Source: Candidatus Eiseniibacteriota bacterium (lineage in GTDB: Bacteria; Eisenbacteria; RBG-16-71-46). Taken from it: a DNA stretch of 64,000 nucleotides. Position numbers and translations under genes: made by a program. The stretch is from assembly GCA_031364845.1 (NCBI GenBank), contig JANLWX010000065.1:39665-103664 (forward strand). Direction: 5' to 3'. The notes below the pieces were generated by a model, which saw nothing but the letters and a program-made list of their open reading frames with translations, did no database searches and was not told the DNA's origin. Positions within the stretch are counted from its first letter, which is position 1, and each line of letters opens with the position of its first letter. Below are positions 8,555 through 19,902 of the stretch, piece after piece.

Positions 8555-10366
8555 ATGACCGACACGACCACGACCAAGGATCTGAAGCTCGAAGGCATCG
8601 GCGACTGGCGCCGCTCGCATACGTGCGGTGAGTTGCGTGCAGCCCAAGCGGGCTCGCACGCGACGCTGATGGGCTGGGTGCATCGCAGCCGCGACCACGG
8701 CGGTGTGCTGTTCATCGATCTGCGGGATCGCTATGGCATCACGCAGGTGGTCTTCCGCCCCGAGACGAGCGGTGCGGAGTTGCTCGCGCGCGCCGAACAG
8801 CTCGGCAGCGAATGGGTGATCGCGGTGCGCGGTGATGTCACCCGCCGCCCGGCCGATGCACTCAACACCGAGCTTCCGACCGGGGAGGTCGAGCTCGAAG
8901 TGAAAGCGCTCAAGGTGCTCTCGGCCTCCGATCCGCTGCCGTTTCAGGTCAACGACGAGACGAACCTCGCCAACGAGGATCTGCGGTTGCGCTATCGCTA
9001 TCTGGATCTGCGGCGTCCCGAACTCGCGGCGGTGTTCGCGCTGCGTCATCGCGCGGCGATGTCTGCCCGCAACTACCTTTCGAGTCAGAACTTTCTCGAG
9101 ATCGAAACTCCGCTGCTCGTGAAGCCGACGCCCGAAGGCGCGCGCGACTACATCGTCCCGAGCCGCATTCATCACGGCAAATTCTACGCGCTGCCGCAGA
9201 GCCCGCAGCTCTACAAGCAGACGCTGATGATCGCGGGCTGCGATCGCTACTTCCAGCTCGCGCGCTGCCTGCGCGACGAGGACCTGCGCGCCGATCGCCA
9301 GCCGGAGCACACGCAGATCGACATCGAGATGAGCTTCGTCACCGAGGACGACGTGTTCGATGCGGTTGAAGGCCTGTACGTGGCACTGTGGCGCGAGTGT
9401 CTCGGTGTCACGCTTCAGACGCCGTTTCCGCGCATGACGTTCCGCGAGTCGATGAGCCGCTACGGCTCCGACAAGCCCGACGTGCGGTTCGGCCTCGAGT
9501 TCGTGGACGTGACCGACATTTCGGCGCGCTCGCCGCGCAACGTGATCGCGAACGGCGCCAAGGCCGCGGGCGGAACCGCCGCTGCGATGGTGATTCCGGG
9601 CGGGGCCGAAATCTCGGGCACCCAGCTGCGCAAGTTCGAGGACATCGTGAAGTCGGCGGGAGCGGGCGGGCTCACGTTCTTCAAAGTCCAGGACGCGGAT
9701 CGCGAGAAGCAGCAGGTGATCTTCCCGGGCGAGTTTCTCGACGAATTCTACGCGCGCGTCCAGGCGAAACCGGGCGATGCGGTCGTGTTCACGAATGGGC
9801 CGTGGGAGCAGACGTTGAAGGCGCTCGGCGTCCTGCGTTCGCATCTGGGCAAGGATCTCGTGAAGGGTCGCGAGAACGAGTGGGCGTTCCTGTGGGTGCG
9901 CGAGTTCCCGATGTTCGAGTACGACCCCGATCGCAAGAGCTGGGTTGCGCGGCACCACATGTTCACGATGCCGAACGCCGAGCATCTCGACATGCTCGAG
10001 AGCGATCCCGGCAACGTGTACGCGCAGCTCTACGATCTGGTGCTCAACGGCAACGAGCTGGGTTCGGGCTCGATCCGCATCCATCGCCCCGAGATCCAGG
10101 AGCGCGTGCTCCAAGTGTGCGGCTTCACGAAGGAGCAGGCGTACGAGAAGTTCGGATTCCTGATGGATGCGTACCGCTTCGCTTCGCCGCCGCACGGTGG
10201 CATCGGGATGGGCTTCGACCGGATCGTCATGCTGATGGCGGGCCGCGACAACATTCGCGACACGATCGCGTTCCCGAAGAGCGCGAGCGCCGCATGCCTG
10301 ATGGACGGGAGCCCGGACGTGGTCGATGGCCCGTCGCTGAAGGAGCTGGGAATCCGGCTCGAGTGA
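8555..10366 (+). CDS. aspS: Aspartate--tRNA ligase
   Basis: 'RSHTCGEL', 'RDHGG', 'TPEGARDY', 'LPQSPQ', 'RDEDLRADRQPE', 'PPHGGIG.G.DR'. Confidence 0.97.
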   Translation: MTDTTTTKDLKLEGIGDWRRSHTCGELRAAQAGSHATLMGWVHRSRDHGGVLFIDLRDRYGITQVVFRPETSGAELLARAEQLGSEWVIAVRGDVTRRPADALNTELPTGEVELEVKALKVLSASDPLPFQVNDETNLANEDLRLRYRYLDLRRPELAAVFALRHRAAMSARNYLSSQNFLEIETPLLVKPTPEGARDYIVPSRIHHGKFYALPQSPQLYKQTLMIAGCDRYFQLARCLRDEDLRADRQPEHTQIDIEMSFVTEDDVFDAVEGLYVALWRECLGVTLQTPFPRMTFRESMSRYGSDKPDVRFGLEFVDVTDISARSPRNVIANGAKAAGGTAAAMVIPGGAEISGTQLRKFEDIVKSAGAGGLTFFKVQDADREKQQVIFPGEFLDEFYARVQAKPGDAVVFTNGPWEQTLKALGVLRSHLGKDLVKGRENEWAFLWVREFPMFEYDPDRKSWVARHHMFTMPNAEHLDMLESDPGNVYAQLYDLVLNGNELGSGSIRIHRPEIQERVLQVCGFTKEQAYEKFGFLMDAYRFASPPHGGIGMGFDRIVMLMAGRDNIRDTIAFPKSASAACLMDGSPDVVDGPSLKELGIRLE

Positions 10367-11052
10367 GCGGCCCGGCGCGAACCGCCATCGGCATGCGCGC
10401 GGCCGCGATCCTGTGGCTGTCGTCCGTCCAGTTCTTCATCATGCAGCCGATCGTCCAGTCCGCATGGACGACGCCGTTCAGCCTCACGCAGAACTTCATC
10501 AGCGATCTCGGCAACACCGCGTGCGCGCCGTATCCGCTCGGGTCCGCCAGCTACGTGTGTTCGCCGTGGCACCTGGGGATGAACACGTCGTTCGTCCTGC
10601 TCGGGATCACGATTCTGATGGGCGTTGTGCGCGCGCGCGCGGCGTTCCGGCCGGGCTTCCTGCGTGAGATCGCGCTCCTGCTGCTCGCGCTGGCCGGCCC
10701 GGGATACGTCGCGGTCGGCCTCTATCCCGAGAACGTCGACATCACGCCGCACAAGATCGGCGCCGGGTTCGTGTTCGTGAGCGGCAATCTCGGGCTCGCG
10801 CTGCTCGGTTTTGCGATCCAGCAGACGTTCCAGCGCACGCGGCTCGCTACCTCGCTCGCAGTCCTCGGAGTTGCCGGATTCATCGCCACCGTTCTGCTCG
10901 TGACGGGCCGATACATGGGTATCGGCATCGGAGGCATCGAGCGGGTCGCCGCCTACCCGTTGCCGGTCGGACTGATCATGGCCGGGTACTTTCTCTGGCG
11001 CCGCGGCCACGTCACGGCCACACATCCATCGACACCACGGAGATCCGGATGA
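10363..11052 (+). CDS. DUF998-like membrane protein
   Basis: 'S..NFISDLG', 'SPWH..MN..F', 'G..P.N', 'G..ER'. About 5 TM segments. GTGA overlap with the aspS stop. Confidence 0.75.
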   Translation: MSGPARTAIGMRAAAILWLSSVQFFIMQPIVQSAWTTPFSLTQNFISDLGNTACAPYPLGSASYVCSPWHLGMNTSFVLLGITILMGVVRARAAFRPGFLREIALLLLALAGPGYVAVGLYPENVDITPHKIGAGFVFVSGNLGLALLGFAIQQTFQRTRLATSLAVLGVAGFIATVLLVTGRYMGIGIGGIERVAAYPLPVGLIMAGYFLWRRGHVTATHPSTPRRSG

Positions 11053-11345
11053 CCGAGTGGATCGGATTCATCGCCGCCGCGTGCACGACGTTCGCCTTCG
11101 TTCCGCAGGCTGTCCGCGTGTGGCGGACGCATTCGGTGGAGGACATCTCGCTCGCGATGTACTTGATTCTGGTGACCGGGATCGCGATGTGGATCGCTTA
11201 CGGCATCCGGATCAACTCGACGCCGGTGACGGTGGCGAACATCGTCACGCTCGTGCTCGCGAGTGCGGTGCTCGTAGGGAAGCTCAAGTTCATGAACGAG
11301 AACCGCGGGAGCGCCAGCGCCGGGAACCGGCGCGTCGGAACGTAA
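11049..11345 (+). CDS. SemiSWEET / PQ-loop transporter
   Basis: 'IGFIAA.CTTFAFVPQ', 'DISL.MY', 'W..YG', 'ANIVT'. Confidence 0.9.
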   Translation: MTEWIGFIAAACTTFAFVPQAVRVWRTHSVEDISLAMYLILVTGIAMWIAYGIRINSTPVTVANIVTLVLASAVLVGKLKFMNENRGSASAGNRRVGT

Positions 11346-11372
11346 GGTCCCTCGACGCGCCGTTCTCCGCGC

Positions 11373-12272
11373 TCAGCTCCCGTGCAGCTCAGGAGTCGGC
11401 AGGCTCGCGAGCACGGCGGTGATCAGGAGCACGACCGCTGCGAGAAGCAACTCCGTGGTTGCCGAGCGGCGCAAGCCGACCGCGCCGGCTTCACTGCCCA
11501 GTCGCGGTTTCACGCGACGCCAGTTCCACGCGCCGACCGCGACCACTCCCGCCACCACCACCAGCTTCGCGATCAGGGCGTAACCATAGGGCGTGGTCCA
11601 CAGCGCGGCGACGTACTTGAGATTCAGCCATGCGGCAACCACACCCAGAAACACCAGCGCCCCGCTCGCAATGAGCGCGAGCGGCGAGAACCGGTTCACC
11701 ATTTCCGCCACGACGGCCCCGCGACGGTCCGAAGACAACCCGCTGCGCAGCACGATCGCGAGTCCCACGACGACGAGGACGAAGAGGGTTCCGATCCACA
11801 GCCCGCCTGCGAGCATGTGCGTCGGCTTCACCATTCGCGTCCACTCCCCGAACAAGGCGCCCCGCAACGGAATCGCGATGACGGCGAACACGGCGACCGG
11901 CCAGCCGGCCGGCCGGCGAATCGCGGCGAAGGTGAAGCCCAGGAGGGAGGCGATCGTGAGCCCGACCTGGATTGCGAGCATCGGAGTGCCGGCGATCAAG
12001 GCGGGCACCGTCAGTTGCTGTCGCGCGGCGTTCGCGGGAAGCCGGCTCGCGATCAGCATCACGTTGATCAGCGCGCCCATGAGCCCGAGTGCCGCGGCGC
12101 GCACGGAGATGCGTTCGAACACGCTGCGCTCGTCGGCGCCCGCGTGGCGGCCGGGCATGCTCCGGAGCACCGAAATCCACAGGCCCGCGGCTCCGGCGGT
12201 GAGGAAGGCGGCGATGAAGCTGGTCAGTTCGAGAATCGGTTTCGGCCACTCGATCAGCGGTTCGGCTGCCAT
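11373..12272 (-). CDS. CopD-family copper-resistance membrane protein
   Basis: 'H.LAGGLWIG.L', 'RFS..A', 'LWTTPYG..L.AK', 'N'. Multiple TM segments. Confidence 0.8.
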   Translation of the reverse strand: MAAEPLIEWPKPILELTSFIAAFLTAGAAGLWISVLRSMPGRHAGADERSVFERISVRAAALGLMGALINVMLIASRLPANAARQQLTVPALIAGTPMLAIQVGLTIASLLGFTFAAIRRPAGWPVAVFAVIAIPLRGALFGEWTRMVKPTHMLAGGLWIGTLFVLVVVGLAIVLRSGLSSDRRGAVVAEMVNRFSPLALIASGALVFLGVVAAWLNLKYVAALWTTPYGYALIAKLVVVAGVVAVGAWNWRRVKPRLGSEAGAVGLRRSATTELLLAAVVLLITAVLASLPTPELHGS

Positions 12273-12408
12273 GTTCGGACTCCAGGAAGTAGTGAGAACG
12301 AACGACCGCTACACTATGCACGAACGGCCCCGGAGTTTCCTCCGAGGCCGTCGTTCCCTCGCTCGTCTTCGCCGCCGCCGCGCGCCCGCGGGCGTCAGGC
12401 CAACCCGT

Positions 12409-14802
12409 TCACATCTGCCACAGGTAGCTGACCTTCGTGAAGATGCTGCTCTGGCTCGATTGTAGATCTCGCGTCTCTTCGCCGTTCAGTAGCGAACCGT
12501 AGCCCAGATACACCACGGTTCCCGGCCGCACGTAGTAGCTCATGAGCACGTCGGGGCTCAGCGTCTGCGAGCGCGACGTCCGCACGCCGTTCGTATCGAA
12601 CCCCTGGCGTCCGCGCAGTTCGGTGATCCAGCGCAGCGACAGCTCCTTGTTGAACTGATAGCTCAGGCGCAGGCGCGGGATGAACACCTCGGCGAACTTC
12701 GAATCGTTCTCGCGCCACACGGTGCTCCCGCGCAGGAACACGCCGCCGTCGAACTGCGGGCCGAAGCGGAAGTCGCTCCATAGCTCCCAGCGCTGATCGC
12801 GGCCGCGGACCGTCTCGGCAAACACGACCTGGTCGCCCCACACGTAGAGTCCGCCGGCGCGAATCGTTGTGTAGCGCTCGCTGCCGGCCCACACCGCGTG
12901 GCGATAGATGTCGTCGAACTTCTCGCCATTGTGGCGGATCATGCGGCGCACGTGCTCCATGCCCGCCCACGAGTTCTTCGGAAAGTTTACTTCCTGCACC
13001 AGCGACAGGACTTCGTCGGTGAGCACCTCACGGTCGTAGGTGTAGTTGCGCTCGTAGTAGATCGGGAAGTGGATGCCGGTGTACCACTGCTTCTCCTTGC
13101 CCCAGATGTGCGGGCGCACGTAACCGGACACCGCGAACAGATCGGTGCGGCGGATGAATCCCATGTCGGCCGAGAACTCCGGCGAGTAGCCCGACACCGT
13201 CGCGCCGAGGCCGAGCTTGCGCGTGTTGCGGGCGAGCTCGGTGTAGAACGTGTTGCCTTCGGTCTTACGCCCGGTCTGGCCCGCGACCTCGCCGGGCAGG
13301 TCCGCCTGCTCGGCCGGCGACAGTCCGGCGATCGCCGAGCGGAAGTCGTGATCGCGTCCCCAGCTGTGGGCGCCCTGGAATGTGAAGCTGTACTTATCCT
13401 TCCAGCTCAGCCGGCCATCGGCGCCGATGCCGCGGTTGTATTGGTCCTCGTGCGTGCGATCGCCCATCAGGAGCCCGACGTAGGAACTCTTGAACACGTC
13501 CTGCTTGAAGCGCGCGATCGTGTACTGCGCGCTCTGGTCGATGTAGGGATTGAGAGTGTTCGAGAAACCATCGATGCCGCGCCCGGCGCTGCGGTCGGCG
13601 GCATTGAGCACGCCGATCGACGTGCGTCCGACCTTGCCGGTGAGCTTTGCGCCGTACAGCGGATCGACGATGCGCCGCGTGTAGACCAGGCTGATCGGGC
13701 TGTTGAAGATGTCGCTGCCTTCGAGAAAGAACGGTCGCTTCTCCGGGAAGAAGATCGCGAAACGTTCATTGATGTCGACCACTCCGGCGTCGGCTTCGAC
13801 CTGGCTGAAGTCAGGCGTCATCACGCCGTCGGCGATCAGATTGCTCGTGAGCCCGACTTTGGCGCCGATGCCGAATCGTCCATTCGGCGCGTCGTACGTG
13901 AAGCGGTCGCCTTCGCGCGCGCCGAGCGTCGAAGTCGTGTGCGTGGGATTGATCTCGACGTTGCGTCCCGGGCGGATGCCGGTGAGGTTCTGAAGGCTGC
14001 CGATCTGCGAGTGATAGTTGTCCACGTTGCGGGAGATCGGAGCCCAGTACATGTGCGTGCCGTCGCGGCGCACGTCGCGGATCGCATTGAATCCAAACGT
14101 GACCTGTTCACCCGGATTGAAGCGCAGCGTCTTGAACGGGATCGCCATCTCGACGTCGTATCCATCACCGGTCACGCTCCCTTTGCTCGTGAATTGGAAG
14201 TCGGGAGCCATGTCGGTGTCGCGGCCCTCCTGATCGACTCCGTCCATCTGGATGCCGAGCGGATTCGAGCCCAGGAAGAACGACCGCTGCTGGTCGTTAT
14301 AAGTATCGATCGAGACGCCGACCCAGTCGCCCTGTCCGATCTGATCGCGCGGCACGACCGGAGCCTGCACCTTGCCCGGATCGTCCACCGCGTGAAACGC
14401 GACGTAGAGGTTGTGGTTGTCGTACATCACGAGCGTCGTGGTTCCGAGCGAATCCCTCACGCCCTCGACCGGCCGGCCGTGAGTGAAGGCTTCGAGGCGC
14501 GCCGCCTGCGACCACACTTCGTCGTCGAGCCGGCCGTCGATGCTCGGGCCATCGGTAACGTGCGGCGGGGAGAACTTGAGATTGCCGCCGGCTCCTTCGA
14601 GCACCAGCGTGGCGCGCATCCAGGGCGCAATCGTGATCGATGCGCTCTCGGCAGGATTGGCCGCCGAGGCGAGCAACTCACGGGAATTCGTGGAATCCGG
14701 GCGGGCCGCGGACTTCTTCTTCGCTGCAAGCGCTTCTTCGGGCGTCGAGCCGAGTACCGCGGCGAGCGCGATCAGTGTGAGTGCGGGAGCAAGGGGCTTC
14801 AC
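12409..14802 (-). CDS. Secreted CBM9-like + DUF5916 outer-membrane protein
   Basis: Signal peptide after GTG 14802 (GGAGGT SD). 'IDGRLDDEVW', 'EMAIPFKTLRF', 'PDFSQVEAD', 'FPEKRPFFLEG', C-terminal 'FTKVSYLW'. Confidence 0.82.
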   Translation of the reverse strand: MKPLAPALTLIALAAVLGSTPEEALAAKKKSAARPDSTNSRELLASAANPAESASITIAPWMRATLVLEGAGGNLKFSPPHVTDGPSIDGRLDDEVWSQAARLEAFTHGRPVEGVRDSLGTTTLVMYDNHNLYVAFHAVDDPGKVQAPVVPRDQIGQGDWVGVSIDTYNDQQRSFFLGSNPLGIQMDGVDQEGRDTDMAPDFQFTSKGSVTGDGYDVEMAIPFKTLRFNPGEQVTFGFNAIRDVRRDGTHMYWAPISRNVDNYHSQIGSLQNLTGIRPGRNVEINPTHTTSTLGAREGDRFTYDAPNGRFGIGAKVGLTSNLIADGVMTPDFSQVEADAGVVDINERFAIFFPEKRPFFLEGSDIFNSPISLVYTRRIVDPLYGAKLTGKVGRTSIGVLNAADRSAGRGIDGFSNTLNPYIDQSAQYTIARFKQDVFKSSYVGLLMGDRTHEDQYNRGIGADGRLSWKDKYSFTFQGAHSWGRDHDFRSAIAGLSPAEQADLPGEVAGQTGRKTEGNTFYTELARNTRKLGLGATVSGYSPEFSADMGFIRRTDLFAVSGYVRPHIWGKEKQWYTGIHFPIYYERNYTYDREVLTDEVLSLVQEVNFPKNSWAGMEHVRRMIRHNGEKFDDIYRHAVWAGSERYTTIRAGGLYVWGDQVVFAETVRGRDQRWELWSDFRFGPQFDGGVFLRGSTVWRENDSKFAEVFIPRLRLSYQFNKELSLRWITELRGRQGFDTNGVRTSRSQTLSPDVLMSYYVRPGTVVYLGYGSLLNGEETRDLQSSQSSIFTKVSYLWQM

Positions 14803-15087
14803 TGCGGACCTCCGGGGGCAACGGCAAATGCGCGAGACGACGCAGCATCTGACCGGCACGCTACTCAAATCGTTGGCGGAAATCTTCATGGATTCGACAC
14901 GGGATGCCGAGCGCGGGGGATTGGTGACACCGGCGCCGGGTTTCGAGCGCCTGGGCGCCGCCGCTGCCTCATCGCGCCGCTGGGCCTTCATAAGAAATCA
15001 AGTCCCGCCGCGCGCGGGCCGATAACCCCCATGAATCCATCCGGGTAACGCACCGTTCGGCGGAAGTCCTTGCGAAGAGGGTCATTC

Positions 15088-16620
15088 GTGTCCACCGAAG
15101 CCTCGCGCCACGCGCGCAATTTGTCCTCGATCCTGCTCGAAGCAGGGGTCGTCACGCCGAGTCAGGTCCAGATGGGACTCGAGCATCAGCTCGAGATGGG
15201 CGTGCGATTCGGCGAGGCCCTCGTCCATATGGGCGCGGCGAGCGAGAGCGACATCGGCTGGGCGCTGTCGCGCCAGCTCGGAATCCCATTCATCGATCTG
15301 CTGCCCGAGGCTCTCGACCGCCAGCTCATTGGCAGCTTTCCCGAGGCCACGCTGCGACGGCTGCTCGCATTGCCGGTGGTGCGCGACGACGATTCGATCT
15401 CCATCGCGTTCGGCGATCCCACCGACCTCGAAGCGATCTCGGAACTCGAGACCCTCGCCGGTGTTCGCGTGATCCCGAGCGTGGCGACGCCGTCCTCGAT
15501 CCGCGCGATTCTGGACCGCGTCGCGCGTGGCCACTCGGATCACTCGCGCATCGAACCGCACGTCTACTACTCGCGCAAAGGTGAACGCGCGGGGGCCGCG
15601 CTCCTCAACCTGCATCTGGGTCGCGCGATTGCCGCGGGCGCGACCGAAGTCCACTTCCTGCCCGCCGGCAGCACGGTCAGTGTGCGCTACCGCGTCAAAG
15701 GCAAGTTGATGATGGCGGGCTCCGAGCCTGCCGCCGCGATCGACGATCTCATCGCACGGCTCGAAGCGCTGGGCGGGCCGCTGTTCGAAGGCGATGTGCT
15801 CCATGCTTCCGGCCGGGTGACGTATCCGATGGGTGATCAGGAGCGGGAGATCGAAGTCTCGCTGCTCGGCTGCGAAGAGGGGCTCGCGGTGCGGCTCGGC
15901 CTCGCAACCGCATCGCCCGCCCTGCCACTCGAAAAGCTCGGATTCGACCCGCTGGATCTTTCGCGGCTTCGTTCGGTGCTCGATCAGCCGGCCGGGCTCG
16001 TGCTCGTCTCGGGCCCTCCGGGATCCGGATGCTCGACCACACTGCGCGCGCTGGCTGAGGCCTGCTCCGCTGAGTCGAAACTCACCGTGGCCTTCGAAGG
16101 CCATGGCGAACGCCCGTTCGGCGCCGGAGTGCATGCGCGCCTCGATGCCGTGCGCGCCCGCGAGAACTGGGCGGAAGTCTCGGTCGCCCAGAACGCGGAC
16201 GTGATCGTGCTCGACGGCGTGCTGAATGGCGAATCGGTCGCCGGCGTGCTCGCGAGCTCGGTCTCGGGCCGCCGGCTGCTCGCCTCCACCGACTGGTGCG
16301 ACAGCTTTGCGCTGCTCGACTATCTGATGACGCGCCCCGCGGGCGCTGCGGCGATCGCCGACCGGCTCCACGCGGTGATCGAGCAGCGCATGCTCGAGCC
16401 CGATGGCGAGCGCACGCCGATGACATCCACACCCAGGCCGCTGTTCGAAGTTCTGTTCGTGAGCGATCCCATGCGCGAGCGCCTGCGCTCGGGCGCGCGG
16501 ATCTCCGACCTTCACGCACTCGCCCGGGCCGACGGACACCGTCGCCTCGCCGATCGTGTTCGCTCGCTCGTCGAGGACGGCCGCATTTCTGCGGCCGCCG
16601 CCTCGCGGCTGCTGGCCTGA
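15088..16620 (+). CDS. PilB/GspE-like protein with MshEN-type N-terminus and degenerate ATPase motifs
   Basis: N-terminal 'RFGEALVHMG...ALSRQLG'. 'GLVLVSGPPGSGCSTT' has Cys in place of the Walker A Lys. Asp box, Walker B Glu and His box are not conserved. Confidence 0.75.
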   Translation: MSTEASRHARNLSSILLEAGVVTPSQVQMGLEHQLEMGVRFGEALVHMGAASESDIGWALSRQLGIPFIDLLPEALDRQLIGSFPEATLRRLLALPVVRDDDSISIAFGDPTDLEAISELETLAGVRVIPSVATPSSIRAILDRVARGHSDHSRIEPHVYYSRKGERAGAALLNLHLGRAIAAGATEVHFLPAGSTVSVRYRVKGKLMMAGSEPAAAIDDLIARLEALGGPLFEGDVLHASGRVTYPMGDQEREIEVSLLGCEEGLAVRLGLATASPALPLEKLGFDPLDLSRLRSVLDQPAGLVLVSGPPGSGCSTTLRALAEACSAESKLTVAFEGHGERPFGAGVHARLDAVRARENWAEVSVAQNADVIVLDGVLNGESVAGVLASSVSGRRLLASTDWCDSFALLDYLMTRPAGAAAIADRLHAVIEQRMLEPDGERTPMTSTPRPLFEVLFVSDPMRERLRSGARISDLHALARADGHRRLADRVRSLVEDGRISAAAASRLLA

Positions 16621-16628
16621 GGTTAACG

Positions 16629-17783
16629 ATGTCCTTCGATCTCACTGCGCTGCTCGGATTCGCCAAGGATCAAGGAGCTTCCGACCTGCACATCTCGGCC
16701 GGCATGCCGCCGATTCTGCGGCTCAACGGCGAGATGGTGCGCCTCGAGATGCCGCCGTTCACGCGCGAACAGGCGCACGATGCGCTCTACGATATCCTGC
16801 AGGACGATCAGAAGCGCCAGTTCGAAGAGCACATGGAGATGGACTTCGCGTTCGAGATCCCGGGCCTCGCGCGGTTCCGCGCCAACATGCTGATGCAGTT
16901 GCGCGGCGAAGCCGCGGTGTTCCGGCTGGTCCCCACGCAGGTGAAGACGCTCGAACAGCTCGGGATGCCGGATGTGCTGCGGCAGCTCTCCGAGAAGGAG
17001 CGCGGCCTGGTCGTGGTCACCGGACCCACCGGCTCGGGCAAGTCCACGACGCTCGCCGCGATGGTGAACTACGTCAACGAGAATCTGAAGGGCCACATCG
17101 TCACGGTCGAGGATCCGATCGAGTTCGTGCACGAATCCAAGAAGTGCCTGGTGACGCAGCGCGAAGTGCGCGCGCACACGCACTCGTTCTCGAATGCGCT
17201 CCGCGCCGCTCTGCGTGAAGATCCGGACGTGATCCTGGTCGGCGAGCTGCGCGACCTCGAGACCACCCAGCTCGCGGTTTCGGCCGCCGAGACGGGCCAT
17301 CTCGTGTTTGCGACCCTGCACACCAATTCCGCCGCCAAGGCGATCGACCGCATCATCGACATCTTCCCCTCGGGGCAGCAGTCGCAGATCCGCACCATGC
17401 TGTCCGAGTCGCTCGAAGGCGTGGTCGCCCAGATGCTGCTGCCGGCGAAGGAAGGCAACGGCCGCGTGGCCGCGATCGAAGTGCTGGTCGGAGTGCCCGC
17501 ACTGCGCAACCTGATCCGCGAGGACAAGAACGCGCAGATCCTGTCGGTGATCCAGACCGGCTCGGCGCACGGCATGCGCAGCCTCGACCAGTCGCTGCGC
17601 GACCTGGTCATGCAGGGCAAACTGTCGCGCGCCGAAGCGATGAAGCACGCGTCGCATCCGAATCTGTTCGAGAACGCGGCCGCTCCGGGACAGGGATCAT
17701 CGAACGCGCCCGGCAGCTCCGGTTCGGGACGTCCCTCGGCATCGGCTGAGCCGGCGAAGCGCCCCGGGCTCTTCTCCAAGTAA
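16629..17783 (+). CDS. pilT: Type IV pilus retraction ATPase PilT
   Basis: 'ASDLH', 'GPTGSGKSTT', 'TVEDPIE', 'LREDPDVILVGE', 'TLHT', 'ALRNLIRE'. Confidence 0.95.
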   Translation: MSFDLTALLGFAKDQGASDLHISAGMPPILRLNGEMVRLEMPPFTREQAHDALYDILQDDQKRQFEEHMEMDFAFEIPGLARFRANMLMQLRGEAAVFRLVPTQVKTLEQLGMPDVLRQLSEKERGLVVVTGPTGSGKSTTLAAMVNYVNENLKGHIVTVEDPIEFVHESKKCLVTQREVRAHTHSFSNALRAALREDPDVILVGELRDLETTQLAVSAAETGHLVFATLHTNSAAKAIDRIIDIFPSGQQSQIRTMLSESLEGVVAQMLLPAKEGNGRVAAIEVLVGVPALRNLIREDKNAQILSVIQTGSAHGMRSLDQSLRDLVMQGKLSRAEAMKHASHPNLFENAAAPGQGSSNAPGSSGSGRPSASAEPAKRPGLFSK

Positions 17784-17792
17784 TCGCCGCCG

Positions 17793-18905
<1,113 letters not shown>

Positions 18906-19042
18906 CCTGCTGGTCCGCGCCCGCGCCGGCTGGTAGGGTCGTCGCGCAAAGCGATCAACATTCCGCCGGATCGCACGGTCGTCACTCCGGCATCGGGTAG
19001 TCGCTTCCACGCGTGCGTGGTGGCCGCCGAGGAGAGAGTCGT

Positions 19043-19885
19043 CTGAGCCCTTCCCGAGTCCCTGAAGGCCGCACGCGCGGTTTCATCGTCCCGATCGGCG
19101 GAGCCGAAGCGAAGGTCGGTGACGAGACCATTCTGCGGCGCTTCGTCCGGGTGTGCGGCGGCCGCGACGCGCGCATCGCCGTGATTCCGACGGCGTCCGA
19201 GATGTCCGACACCGGGCGGCGCTACGAAGAGATCTTCCGCGGCATGCGCGCCGCGAAAGTGTGGGTGCTGCCGTTCGACTCGCGCCCCGCGTGCGAGGAC
19301 GAGGAAGAACTCAACGTCCTGCAGAAGGCGAACGGCGTGTTCCTGACCGGCGGCAATCAGCTGCGTCTGAGCACCACGCTCGGCGGCACTTCGGTCGCGA
19401 AACATCTGCGGCTCATGAACGCCGCCGGTGTGCACGTCGCCGGAACTTCCGCCGGAGCCGCTTTCCTGTCGGAGCACATGATCGCCTTCGGCGACGAAGG
19501 CGCGACACCGCACGCCGGCATGGTGCAGCTTGCGCCGGGGCTCGGTCTCACCAATCGCATCGTGGTCGATCAGCACTTCCGCCAGCGCGACCGGCTGGGC
19601 CGCCTGCTGACCGCGCTTGCGTTCAACCCGTTCGCGGTGGGCGTGGGCCTCGACGAAGACACCGCGGCGTTCATCGGACCCGACGAAACGCTCGAAGTCG
19701 TCGGCAGCGGCGGCATCACCATCGCCGATCCCGCTCACATCGAATACTCCTCGATGGACACGGCGAAGCAGGGCGAGGCCGTGAGCATGATCGGCCTCAA
19801 GCTCCACGTGTTGGTGCGCGGCGGGACGTTCAACCTGCACACACGCGTGGCGCTGGCGAACGCTTCTGAGGTGGACGAGGCGTAG
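19043..19885 (+). CDS. cphB: Cyanophycinase
   Basis: 'PIGGAE', 'IPTAS', 'TGGNQLRL', catalytic 'GTSAGA', 'DQHF.QR.R.GRL', 'GLDEDT'. Start uncertain (CTG 19043 after GGAGAG, or GTG 19013). Confidence 0.93.
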   Translation: MSPSRVPEGRTRGFIVPIGGAEAKVGDETILRRFVRVCGGRDARIAVIPTASEMSDTGRRYEEIFRGMRAAKVWVLPFDSRPACEDEEELNVLQKANGVFLTGGNQLRLSTTLGGTSVAKHLRLMNAAGVHVAGTSAGAAFLSEHMIAFGDEGATPHAGMVQLAPGLGLTNRIVVDQHFRQRDRLGRLLTALAFNPFAVGVGLDEDTAAFIGPDETLEVVGSGGITIADPAHIEYSSMDTAKQGEAVSMIGLKLHVLVRGGTFNLHTRVALANASEVDEA

Positions 19886-19902
19886 GATCTGGCATTCGCT
19901 TC

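Noticed and set aside
8555..8900. Calling AspRS non-discriminating
   Set aside because: The His in 'RDHGG' fits, but the second diagnostic Gly is not evident, so it cannot be decided by eye.
9388..10362. Long N-terminal extensions in the ORF track (9388, and similarly 16296, 24984, 40100, 44778, 56079)
   Set aside because: They overlap upstream genes in another frame. Better starts with SD or stop-start coupling lie downstream.
14820..14870. GGCAAA...GACGCA sequence resembling a c-di-GMP-I riboswitch upstream of the PilB-like gene
   Set aside because: The GAAA tetraloop stem and receptor cannot be built, and the segment abuts the SD of the opposite-strand gene.
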